Shown: one piece after another, positions 18,740 through 26,219 of the stretch
Position numbering within the stretch: position 1 is the first letter of the stretch
How the letters are laid out: each line of letters begins with the position of its first letter
Source of the DNA: a virus
DNA: 64,000 nucleotides
Virus record (IMG/VR): IMGVR_UViG_3300009702_000016
Location: 32,001 to 96,000 of that record
Reading direction: 5' to 3' (one strand)
The notes under the pieces: generated by a model
What the model was told of the DNA's origin: nothing
Databases searched by the model: none
Seen by the model: the letters and a program-made list of their open reading frames with translations, nothing else
Translations under genes and position numbers: made by a program

Positions 18740-19398
18740 ATCACCACCTCTTCCTTAGACTGTGTTAGCCTGTCCTCCGCATCACTCTTCTTTACGCCAA
18801 GCTTCATATCCAGGTTAAGCTTTGTGACTGGGATCAGAGCCTTGATCCGGTCAGTAAGCCTAGAGAAGCTGTCAGTGGCTATTCCCTTGGCATCTCTAAC
18901 AGGTACTCCTGCCTTTAGCATCTCTTGTTGTAGTCGACTTGCTTCTTCTGTGCATAGGCGAACAAGGTCTACAACAAAGGGATTGAACGTGTTTTTGACG
19001 ATATCGTCTACAACATCCTGAGGCTTCTCAAGTGCTGTCATCTCAGCCAGAGCGATTCGATACTCTGACATCATCCGTTGGTAAGACTGAAGGAGAAGAG
19101 CGCTCTGTTTGACTTCGAGGGTCTTCTTTGTAAGAGCACACTGATCGTCAAGGTCGTTGACGATGTCTCTCAATCGATCATAATGAGACTTGTTGTGACG
19201 AACGAGGAATAGAAAGTGAGACTCCACGTCCTCTAAGGGAAGGCCAAAGTCTGCACTAACTCGTTTTGCGCTGTGTCCTAGACTCCAAGCTTCGTCGACA
19301 AGGGCGACCTCTTCGGATCGGATTTCTAGCTTCCGAGGTAGAGCGTCCTCCCGCTCCTCCTCGTCATCTATCTCATCATCGAAGCTACTCGTCCTCAT
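18736..19398 (-). CDS. Putative terminase small subunit / HTH-coiled-coil protein
   Basis: HTH-like SAKRVSADFGLPLEDVESH followed by coiled coil, two genes upstream of terL. ATG at 19398 with GAGG RBS is preferred over the track start at 19461. Confidence 0.45.
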   Translation of the reverse strand: MRTSSFDDEIDDEEEREDALPRKLEIRSEEVALVDEAWSLGHSAKRVSADFGLPLEDVESHFLFLVRHNKSHYDRLRDIVNDLDDQCALTKKTLEVKQSALLLQSYQRMMSEYRIALAEMTALEKPQDVVDDIVKNTFNPFVVDLVRLCTEEASRLQQEMLKAGVPVRDAKGIATDSFSRLTDRIKALIPVTKLNLDMKLGVKKSDAEDRLTQSKEEVVM

Positions 19399-19615
19399 CT
19401 TCTTCCTCGTCCTCGTCCTCGTCCTCTGCGGAAGCAATGCCTCGTGGTCCCTCATATTCATGGGGCCGGTGTTGCTTCAAAGTGGGTCCTCCCATTGTGT
19501 CTGTGAGCAGACCTGGGTAGGAATGAGGATCAACAACTGTGTCCTCCGTCATAAGATTCTGCACTTCTTGCAATCGTATGGCAAGTTTGCGAAGCTTATC
19601 CGCTGCGGAAGACAT
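19385..19615 (-). CDS. Small acidic-tailed protein (76 aa)
   Basis: MSSAADKLRKLAIRLQ N-terminus and poly-D/E tail; fills the gap between neighbours. Confidence 0.65.
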   Translation of the reverse strand: MSSAADKLRKLAIRLQEVQNLMTEDTVVDPHSYPGLLTDTMGGPTLKQHRPHEYEGPRGIASAEDEDEDEEEDEDE

Positions 19616-19639
19616 GATGCTAAGGAACGAGAAGACGGG

Positions 19640-20452
19640 TTACTTCCCGCCTGTGGTTCCTTCGAAGCCCTGGTCGCCCTTGTCTCCGTCTCTGCTCATG
19701 TTCTTTGTCATCTGACGAGCAAAGTTGGCGTCACCGAAGGCACGAGTGTAGTAGTCTTCGAGATCCTTCTTGTCCGTGGACACCAAGGAAGGGGCACGAG
19801 TCTCTACATTGAACACAGCATCCTTAGACACCGTGTAGGTCTTTCCACTTGCTGAGATGGTGACGTCGTCTCCGTTCAGTGACTTCACCTCTCCGTGCTG
19901 GGGGATGGTTCCGGTGAAGAAACGAACCCGGTCTCCCTTGGTCAGCATGGGAGCAGCCTGACGTAGTTTAGCAAAGCTTGCACTCTTTCGACCCGAGCGA
20001 GCAACCTTCTCGGCTACTATTTGAGCAATGTTGTCGTCCGTCTGACGAACAAGGAACTTTTGAGTTCCATTATCACGTACCTGCCAAACGTGGCCAGTAG
20101 ACTCGTCAAAGTAGCCATTTCCTGCAACTCGGCGCATTACTGTAGCATCAACCACAGGACGGGTGTCGGTGTGCATCGTAAGGCAGACAGAAACAGCGTT
20201 ATCCGCTTCGTGCAGTTGCGCCGTATTCGACTGCGCATGCACCTTTCCGTTGAAGGCTGCCTCTACAAAGCGCTCAACCTGACTGAGTGTGGGCTCTGCC
20301 CCGATGTGCCCCTCGTAGCCGATGAGTACCTTACACTTCATTGCATCGATCTCATGCATATCCACGATCTGCATGTCAGAACGTGGGGGAAGGTTCCGCT
20401 CATCTACTGCCTGAGCAAGTCGGTCGATGATCTTTCCATGAATGCTTCGCAT
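19640..20452 (-). CDS. Head-cluster protein with SH3-like C-terminal domain
   Basis: Strong AGGAG RBS; KGDRVRFF...GEVKSLNGDDVTI SH3/KOW-like segment after RKSAS. Confidence 0.7.
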   Translation of the reverse strand: MRSIHGKIIDRLAQAVDERNLPPRSDMQIVDMHEIDAMKCKVLIGYEGHIGAEPTLSQVERFVEAAFNGKVHAQSNTAQLHEADNAVSVCLTMHTDTRPVVDATVMRRVAGNGYFDESTGHVWQVRDNGTQKFLVRQTDDNIAQIVAEKVARSGRKSASFAKLRQAAPMLTKGDRVRFFTGTIPQHGEVKSLNGDDVTISASGKTYTVSKDAVFNVETRAPSLVSTDKKDLEDYYTRAFGDANFARQMTKNMSRDGDKGDQGFEGTTGGK

Positions 20453-20506
20453 TTTTATCTCCTAAACGATGGAGATAGCTCCATCAAAACATGCCTATGC
20501 GATTGT

Positions 20507-20512
20507 AGATAA
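20507..20512 (-). promoter_or_regulatory. Candidate late promoter element TTATCT (head/packaging operon)
   Basis: Sense TTATCTAC in the gap upstream of 20452. Confidence 0.45.
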
Positions 20513-20535
20513 TCCTGTTTTCTACAAGTCTAAAG

Positions 20536-21357
20536 TCATATCGTTCGTAGGATAGTGTTCAACTCGTTCTTTAGCTTCGTAAGGTCGATGGAAACAGGCC
20601 CATACTTCTCAGTCATTTTCTCTCGGAGCGGGGCCATGTCCTCGTAGAACTTATTGAGCCACTCAGGCTTGGAGCCTGTTCTACGGACCAGCGACTTGCT
20701 TCGTGTCTTGACTCGTTTAGTTGTGGGGTACAGATTGTCTGCATCAATACCGAGGAGTACGTCTAGGGAATGACCTAACAGCTTTCTGTTCATCCCAAGT
20801 GCCTGTTCCAAACCTCCAAGCGTAGAATACTTACGAACTGCCCAGGCTACGATTGTCTTGATGTCATTCTGGCACTCCATCTCTGCCGTAACCCACTGTG
20901 GAGGATATTCATTCTGGCACTTGGATGAGCAATACCAAATCTTGTGGTCTGTGCGGGGAAGCCTAACACGGCTTGCCTTTTTTCTCACCTTGGGCGTTAT
21001 TGGCTTCTCGCAGTTGTAGCAGATCTTCCTATCCATCAAAGTAATGAACGATCTGTCTACGCTTCCGTAATGGGAAATCTTTAGTGTCTCGCTGCGTAGA
21101 TCCAGCATGGCCTTGGACAGGGCCTTCGTTACGTCAGCCTCTGGCACCCTTTTCAGCATCCCAATATCCAATGCCTTGAATGACTTTGCATTATGCTTCG
21201 CCAGGTAGACGAGCATGCACTGTTTTACTCCAGGGTACCCTGTGTGGAATAAGCACTGGGGAAGGTGGCAGTCGACCTTTATGGTCTCACCGTGTACGTG
21301 GCATCGTACTTCGTATTTGCTCTTTGTCTTTTTGGTGCTCACAGGGCGCTCTCCCAT
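20536..21357 (-). CDS. Zn-finger / HTH DNA-binding protein
   Basis: N-terminal C/H cluster, CYNC...YCSSKC (TRASH/MYM-like) and HTH-like TLGGLEQALGMNRKLL. Confidence 0.65.
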   Translation of the reverse strand: MGERPVSTKKTKSKYEVRCHVHGETIKVDCHLPQCLFHTGYPGVKQCMLVYLAKHNAKSFKALDIGMLKRVPEADVTKALSKAMLDLRSETLKISHYGSVDRSFITLMDRKICYNCEKPITPKVRKKASRVRLPRTDHKIWYCSSKCQNEYPPQWVTAEMECQNDIKTIVAWAVRKYSTLGGLEQALGMNRKLLGHSLDVLLGIDADNLYPTTKRVKTRSKSLVRRTGSKPEWLNKFYEDMAPLREKMTEKYGPVSIDLTKLKNELNTILRTI

Positions 21358-21484
21358 ACTCAGGTCTAGAATAACTTTTACCGAAGGAAATATACTCTCA
21401 TGGAGAAATAAATACCGCTGAAGGTTTAGGATTCAAGAAAGTTCAGAGATGTGGTTCGAGTATAACACCTTTCGTGGCCACCCT

Positions 21485-21626
21485 TCACTTAACCGCTCAG
21501 GTCTCCAAAACGGACTCTCCCAGGGCACCTCTGAGCGGTTAAGTGACTTAAGCAAAACACGGGAAAAGTGGCCTATGTCGGGAACCGCTGAGCGGTTAAG
21601 TGGGGACCCTCCGAGCGGTTAAGTGA
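21485..21626. repeat. Four copies of GAGCGGTTAAGTG (one inverted, three direct)
   Basis: TCACTTAACCGCTCAG at 21485-21500 is the exact reverse complement of 21531-21546; further direct copies at 21588-21602 and 21611-21626. Confidence 0.9.
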
Positions 21627-21893
21627 GGACCGCCGAAAAACCCAATGATTTCAACAACCGTGTCAAGGGAAGTAGTGATCTTTTCTCTATAAAAAAATCG
21701 TCAATGATTTCAGTCACTTACAACTTTTTTTGCGTTCGATGTCGTTTTTTTCCTTATTTGGCAAACCTGAATTGTAAAAATGAGTTACTCACTCAGTAGC
21801 TCGTTCAACCCATTTAGGGAGGCCCGGGATCCAATATTCTATCAATGTTATTAACTACCAACTAGTCCGGCTACTCCCCGCTCCCCGCTCCCT

Positions 21894-22026
21894 CACTGAT
21901 GATAGTATGCCAGTGTCCCCACTGATGATAGTATGCCAGTGTCCCCACTGATGATAGTATGCCAGTGTCTCTACTTCCCACTCCCTCACTAGAGTCAATA
22001 AGATAGTATGCCAGTGTCCCCACTGA
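21894..22026. repeat. 26-bp tandem repeat CACTGATGATAGTATGCCAGTGTCCC x~3 plus a displaced fourth copy
   Basis: Units at 21894-21919, 21920-21945 and 21946-21969; partial copy at 22002-22026. Confidence 0.92.
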
Positions 22027-22130
22027 CTACTGACTACTCTCTACTCCCACACCGCCATACTATCCTATCCCCTACTGACTACTCTCTACTGACTACTCTC
22101 TACTCCCACACCGCCATACTATCCTATCCC
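22027..22130. repeat. 45-bp direct repeat x2 separated by a 14-bp partial copy
   Basis: CTACTGACTACTCTCTACTCCCACACCGCCATACTATCCTATCCC at 22027-22071 and 22086-22130. Confidence 0.92.
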
Positions 22131-22242
22131 ACTGACTCCTCCCTCCCACTGTAGAAATCACTCCTTGATAGTTAGACCCTCTATTGTCCCTGACTACTCT
22201 ACTCGGAGCCACTACAGGCCTAGCTCACCAGGAGAGACTACT

Positions 22243-22497
22243 GTGGATATAGTTGAGATCGATGATCAAGATGCAGATCAATTACTAGCAGTGATTGATT
22301 ACGTCAGAAAGAAATTGAAGGAAGACGAGGAGACAGAGGATGAGGAGACAGTGTACGTCATCCCCTTCGTCAAAGGACTTATCAAGTCACTTGTGGAGGA
22401 CCGCCTAGGGGAAACCTATGAGCTGGGTACCGTGACGTTAGAGAACGACGAGGAAGAAGAGGGAGGGGACCTCTTTGATGAGTTCGACTTTGAGTAG
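22243..22497 (+). CDS. Small acidic protein (84 aa)
   Basis: GTG at 22243 with AGGAG RBS; in frame with track ORF 22165..22497. Confidence 0.7.
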   Translation: MDIVEIDDQDADQLLAVIDYVRKKLKEDEETEDEETVYVIPFVKGLIKSLVEDRLGETYELGTVTLENDEEEEGGDLFDEFDFE

Positions 22498-22554
22498 GTT
22501 TACGTTCTTTCTGAACGTCAACGCAGACAACATTAAACGTAAAGGGTATAGGTT

Positions 22555-23097
22555 ATGACGAACATGAGTGACACTACGACGAATCCTTTCTGGACCCCAA
22601 CAGCAACAGTAACAGACAACACAGACTGTGTGTTGAAGATCGTAGGGACCCTAGAGGAGGAGGCGAGACTGTTCCACATGTCAATTCGGATCGAGGAGGA
22701 CGACCTTGATAAGGTTCTTCTGTACGTCCGAGGAGTCAAGGGGGCCAAGGCCTCTGACGTTCACCTTGAAGAGGGAGGAAATTATCGGGTGGTCATCCTC
22801 CTCTCCCAGGAAAAGGTGGGGAAGATGTTCACGAAGTTCAGGAAGAAGTCCCTGCCCTACACCCTGATCGGGGTTGAGCAGGTTGTAGAGGCTGACTCTC
22901 CCCTGCTCTGGGTTACGACCCAGCCTAATGAGGGAACAGAAGAGGCTACCTCTCCGACTGCGCCTCAGCAGCCCTTGCCTCCCTCCCCCACAACGATCCC
23001 TGGAGGTCCATGGGTCACTCCTTGGGTTGTTTACTCTACCCAGATCCCCGACGCTAGCCAGACGACGCTTCCTCATTCTTCTGCTGTGCGTCTCTGA
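22555..23097 (+). CDS. Hypothetical protein with Pro/Thr-rich tail
   Basis: 180 aa ORF with protein-like composition. Confidence 0.7.
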   Translation: MTNMSDTTTNPFWTPTATVTDNTDCVLKIVGTLEEEARLFHMSIRIEEDDLDKVLLYVRGVKGAKASDVHLEEGGNYRVVILLSQEKVGKMFTKFRKKSLPYTLIGVEQVVEADSPLLWVTTQPNEGTEEATSPTAPQQPLPPSPTTIPGGPWVTPWVVYSTQIPDASQTTLPHSSAVRL

Positions 23098-23100
23098 CTG

Positions 23101-23253
23101 ATGACAGTGAAGAAGGACAGGAGCACCCAAGCGAACCGGGACTTCTGGGATGCGGTCGCTCAGGCGGCTGAGATCGTTAAGAACTGGCCTGCGTGGAAGC
23201 GAGGGGAGTCTGTTCCTTCCTCAGAGAAACCTGACCTTGCGAAGAAGGGCTAG
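23101..23253 (+). CDS. Small phage protein (50 aa)
   Basis: Not in the track. MTVKKDRSTQANRDFWDAVAQAAEIVKNWPAWKRG... starts 3 nt after the upstream stop. Confidence 0.6.
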   Translation: MTVKKDRSTQANRDFWDAVAQAAEIVKNWPAWKRGESVPSSEKPDLAKKG

Positions 23254-23344
23254 CCTAGGTCGCTGTGTCGTCCCTCTGGGCGGTTCTGTACAAGCATGGC
23301 ATGGTAGGGCGTTTCCTGCCGTACAGGCCCCTGGAGGTCCTTCT

Positions 23345-23524
23345 ATGAGTAAAGTCGAAACCATTCGTAACCCCTCTGCGTTCTTCTTTAAGATTGCGGA
23401 CATCCTGGATAATCGCGATGACTGGTCAGAGGACCAGTTCAAGTCCGTAGACAAGGCGATTGATAAGTGCGAGTCGCTTGCCAATCTGTGTGAGACTCGG
23501 GGCTATACCTCACTTAAGGCTTAG
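23345..23524 (+). CDS. Small helical protein (59 aa)
   Basis: GGAGG RBS 7 nt before ATG 23345 (3' part of track ORF 23150..23524). Confidence 0.65.
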   Translation: MSKVETIRNPSAFFFKIADILDNRDDWSEDQFKSVDKAIDKCESLANLCETRGYTSLKA

Positions 23525-23533
23525 TCACCGAGA

Positions 23534-23728
23534 GAACTGGGTTATTTCTTAGGAAGCACGGAAAACCGCCGTGCTGTCTGTTCGAGACAACCCGACGTTT
23601 CCTAGTATTAGATGCCTCGTGACGAATTTGAGAGCGGAACGAGTCATCCCACAGTCTAATATAGTCTTTAGGCCCGTAACTAAGAATGGCCTCCCATAAA
23701 AAACTTCGGGGTGACCCGACATTAGTTC
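23534..23728 (+). ncRNA. Candidate structured non-coding / cis-regulatory RNA
   Basis: Seven mutually compatible nested stems, several with G-U pairs on the + strand, filling the intergenic gap (see findings). Confidence 0.45.
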
Positions 23729-23745
23729 CTGAGAAGGGATAGAGC

Positions 23746-24258
23746 ATGAGTAAACGAGCAGATTCCCTCCAGCGCATTCGTGACTGGGTTAGTTCGATGG
23801 GCGGGGAGCGTAAGCCTGACCTGGCCGTTTTGGATGACCTCATCCAGGAAGAGAGACTTCGTGACTCGTATGTGGCTTCCCAGGATTCTCATCTTGCACG
23901 GAAGGAGCTTGAGACCACGGTATTCTACTTCGGGTGCATAAGAGAAGTGGGGCACTACGTTCACGATGTCTGGGGCCATCGCCGCTACAGCGATGTGGAT
24001 CATCCCTGGTGTGGGGCACTCGACGCAAAGCTCACGCCTCAGGAGAAGAGACAGGTGGAAGGCCTTGCTGTTCTTCATCACTCGGGGGACTGGACCGCGA
24101 TTGGCTTTTGGGACAGGACCGTGGACAAGCGATCCGGTGCAAACTCTGCTTTTCTGATTAACCGAAAAGACCTGTCCTTTGAGCAGGCCGTTGAGCTTTC
24201 TCGCCGTGCCTTTCCCAATGTTTGGGCTCGGTTTCCCTTCGAGGTACGACAGCAGTGA
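23746..24258 (+). CDS. Hypothetical phage protein (170 aa)
   Basis: AAGGGA RBS; YFGC...GHY...LD...WTAIGFWDRTVDKRSGANSAF has the look of a conserved phage family. Confidence 0.75.
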   Translation: MSKRADSLQRIRDWVSSMGGERKPDLAVLDDLIQEERLRDSYVASQDSHLARKELETTVFYFGCIREVGHYVHDVWGHRRYSDVDHPWCGALDAKLTPQEKRQVEGLAVLHHSGDWTAIGFWDRTVDKRSGANSAFLINRKDLSFEQAVELSRRAFPNVWARFPFEVRQQ

Positions 24259-24265
24259 GGATTCT

Positions 24266-24955
24266 CTAGGCCGCCTTGGCCTCTTGCGCTGACCTGGCCT
24301 CAATCTGTTCGAACGTCTTCATCGCGGCGGGCGCGGATCCTAGGAGGTTTGCAGTTGTGCTCGCCATTTGTCCGTAAGCGGGAGCCCCCTTCTTGGCTAT
24401 GCTATGGAGTGCGGGTGTCTTCCCTACGTCTAGGGCGAGTCTCTTGACCTTGTCAGGGGCGGTCACAGGAACATTCCCGGAGAACATTCCTCCTATTCCT
24501 TGGATGTATCTCATGACTTCCTTTCCGTAGGTATGTGCGAACTCTACGAAAGCCTTGAGCACAGTTTTGATTTCCTTTCCGTGCTTCAGAACGAACTCAG
24601 CGATCTTTCCTAGCTTTCCTTCCTTCGACGCTATTTTAAGCAGCCACCTTAGAACCTTTCCTCCTTTTCCCACAGCGTCACCCGCCTCTGGGATCATGGA
24701 GATTACAGACATCGCTGCTCCGAAGAAGTCTCCTCTGGCGAGTGAGATTAGCGCATTCGCTCCGTCCGCAAACTCCCCTACTCCTGGGATAAACCCTGCT
24801 GCGTCGAGGGCAACTTGGCCTGCGTCTGCGAGGCTCCCTCCGATCCCTGCTTTTCTGACTATCGCTGCGCTTCGAACCAGCCTCCTTTTGATGACTGGAT
24901 TATCCGTATGGGAAGCTGCGAGTAGCAGTCGGTAGGTTGGGTTGTTCTTGGTCAT
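24266..24955 (-). CDS. Pre-toxin TG (PT-TG)-like domain protein
   Basis: QVALDAAGFIPGVGEFADGANALISLARGDFFGAAMSVISMIP.AGDAVGKGGK matches the PT-TG pattern of polymorphic toxins. Confidence 0.7.
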   Translation of the reverse strand: MTKNNPTYRLLLAASHTDNPVIKRRLVRSAAIVRKAGIGGSLADAGQVALDAAGFIPGVGEFADGANALISLARGDFFGAAMSVISMIPEAGDAVGKGGKVLRWLLKIASKEGKLGKIAEFVLKHGKEIKTVLKAFVEFAHTYGKEVMRYIQGIGGMFSGNVPVTAPDKVKRLALDVGKTPALHSIAKKGAPAYGQMASTTANLLGSAPAAMKTFEQIEARSAQEAKAA

Positions 24956-25416
24956 CGGAGTTTGTTTTTGTCGAGCCAGTATTCGTCTGCGTACTGTGCC
25001 ATTCCTGCTGCATCTTTCTTGTGCACGCTGTCTAGCTCATCAAATAACTCCTCCCAGTTTTCTTTCTTGGTCTTGTTCCACCAGTTCTTCCATTGCGCAG
25101 CAGTGAACTGGGCTACATCTACAGCTTCGTGCTCCTTGGCTAGAATGACGATCCTTCCTAGCATTTGGTTTATGATCTCCGCGAGTACTGACTGTCCCCT
25201 ATTCCGCACCATGAACCTTTCCATAACGATGTAGTCTGGGCTAGTTCTTTTAAGTAACTCTATGAAATCATTTATGAACTCTGCGTCGTCATTTACGTTA
25301 GCAAGAGGAGTTACCCACCCCGATTCAGTCGTCTCCCCATTAACCCGAAGTACCCAGGCAAAGTTAACTTTACCTGGGTCCATGGCTAATATTCTCCTGT
25401 TTTCTTTAGTCTTCAC
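24952..25416 (-). CDS. ruvC: RuvC-like Holliday junction resolvase
   Basis: ILAMDPGKVNFAW, PDYIVMERF, AAQWK and HKKDAAGMA catalytic motifs. Confidence 0.85.
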   Translation of the reverse strand: MKTKENRRILAMDPGKVNFAWVLRVNGETTESGWVTPLANVNDDAEFINDFIELLKRTSPDYIVMERFMVRNRGQSVLAEIINQMLGRIVILAKEHEAVDVAQFTAAQWKNWWNKTKKENWEELFDELDSVHKKDAAGMAQYADEYWLDKNKLR

Positions 25417-25804
25417 CTAGTTTTTCTAGTGTATCGTCGTAATCTAGGAAGAATTCGTTTTGGTCCTTGATCTTTATAAGCTCCTCTGCGGCTATCCCCA
25501 CGACCTCGCTCTCGCTCCATTCATCAACAAAGCCATCAATGGCCTGGTCTGTGTCCTCTAATCTCTTTGACATTGCTGCGTATCTTGATCGTACCGAGGA
25601 TAGAAGTTTCTGGTTCTTCTGGGCCGCTTCCGTGACCCAGTTACGATACTTCTCCTCTAATCGCACTCGTGTTTGAAGCTCGTTTAGCTTAGTGAGAAAT
25701 ATTTCACGTATGATGTGCGTGATGTCAATTTCCCTCTTAACTTCTTTGCTTCTTACATCGAGTACGTAGGAGCCGTCCTCATGCTGTCGAAGTCGTATGT
25801 CCAT
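25406..25804 (-). CDS. Hypothetical coiled-coil protein
   Basis: 132 aa; operon context. Confidence 0.7.
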   Translation of the reverse strand: MDIRLRQHEDGSYVLDVRSKEVKREIDITHIIREIFLTKLNELQTRVRLEEKYRNWVTEAAQKNQKLLSSVRSRYAAMSKRLEDTDQAIDGFVDEWSESEVVGIAAEELIKIKDQNEFFLDYDDTLEKLGED

Positions 25805-25818
25805 GGTAGTGGTGCTTA

Positions 25819-26217
25819 TCAGTAGTTTCGCATCTGGTCAGGTGTGAATCGTGGACCTCCGCCCTCTGTTACAATGATAAGCTTTCTGAAGATTAGGTCG
25901 CCAAGAGCATCCTTGACAAACTGATCGATTTTCTTCATTACCTCCGCTTGCAAAACTACTCCATCAAAGGGTATGATGATGCTTGCACCATGTGAGGGTA
26001 TGGATCGTTGAACCGACCCAAATCTTCCATTGGACCTGAACCCTGTCCTTCTAGACTGGTCGCTTCTGGACACAAATCCTAGATTCGAAGACCCAAACAT
26101 TTTGTTCCCTACTACGATTACAGCGCGATCTGGAACCGTAAGGGCTACGGCTGTGGCCGGAGCGTCATCAGGTGGGATGCCGGTAGGATCCGCTCTCTTT
26201 ATTTCTAGTGTTGCCAT
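25819..26217 (-). CDS. Hypothetical protein (132 aa)
   Basis: AAGGAG RBS at the end of the upstream gene. Confidence 0.7.
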   Translation of the reverse strand: MATLEIKRADPTGIPPDDAPATAVALTVPDRAVIVVGNKMFGSSNLGFVSRSDQSRRTGFRSNGRFGSVQRSIPSHGASIIIPFDGVVLQAEVMKKIDQFVKDALGDLIFRKLIIVTEGGGPRFTPDQMRNY

Positions 26218-26219
26218 AG

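Noticed and set aside
21871-21895. G-quadruplex on the minus strand
   Set aside because: Only three closely spaced G-tracts (GGG, GGGG, GGGG); the fourth lies too far away for a canonical motif.
21485-22130. CRISPR array
   Set aside because: The 26-bp and 45-bp units are head-to-tail with no unique spacers. The 13-bp motif has irregular spacing and mixed orientation. No cas operon is present.
23670-23692. Resemblance of GGCCCGTAACTAAGAATGGCC to 23S rRNA helix 69
   Set aside because: The match is short and gapped, with no flanking rRNA similarity; it is kept only as one stem of the candidate RNA.
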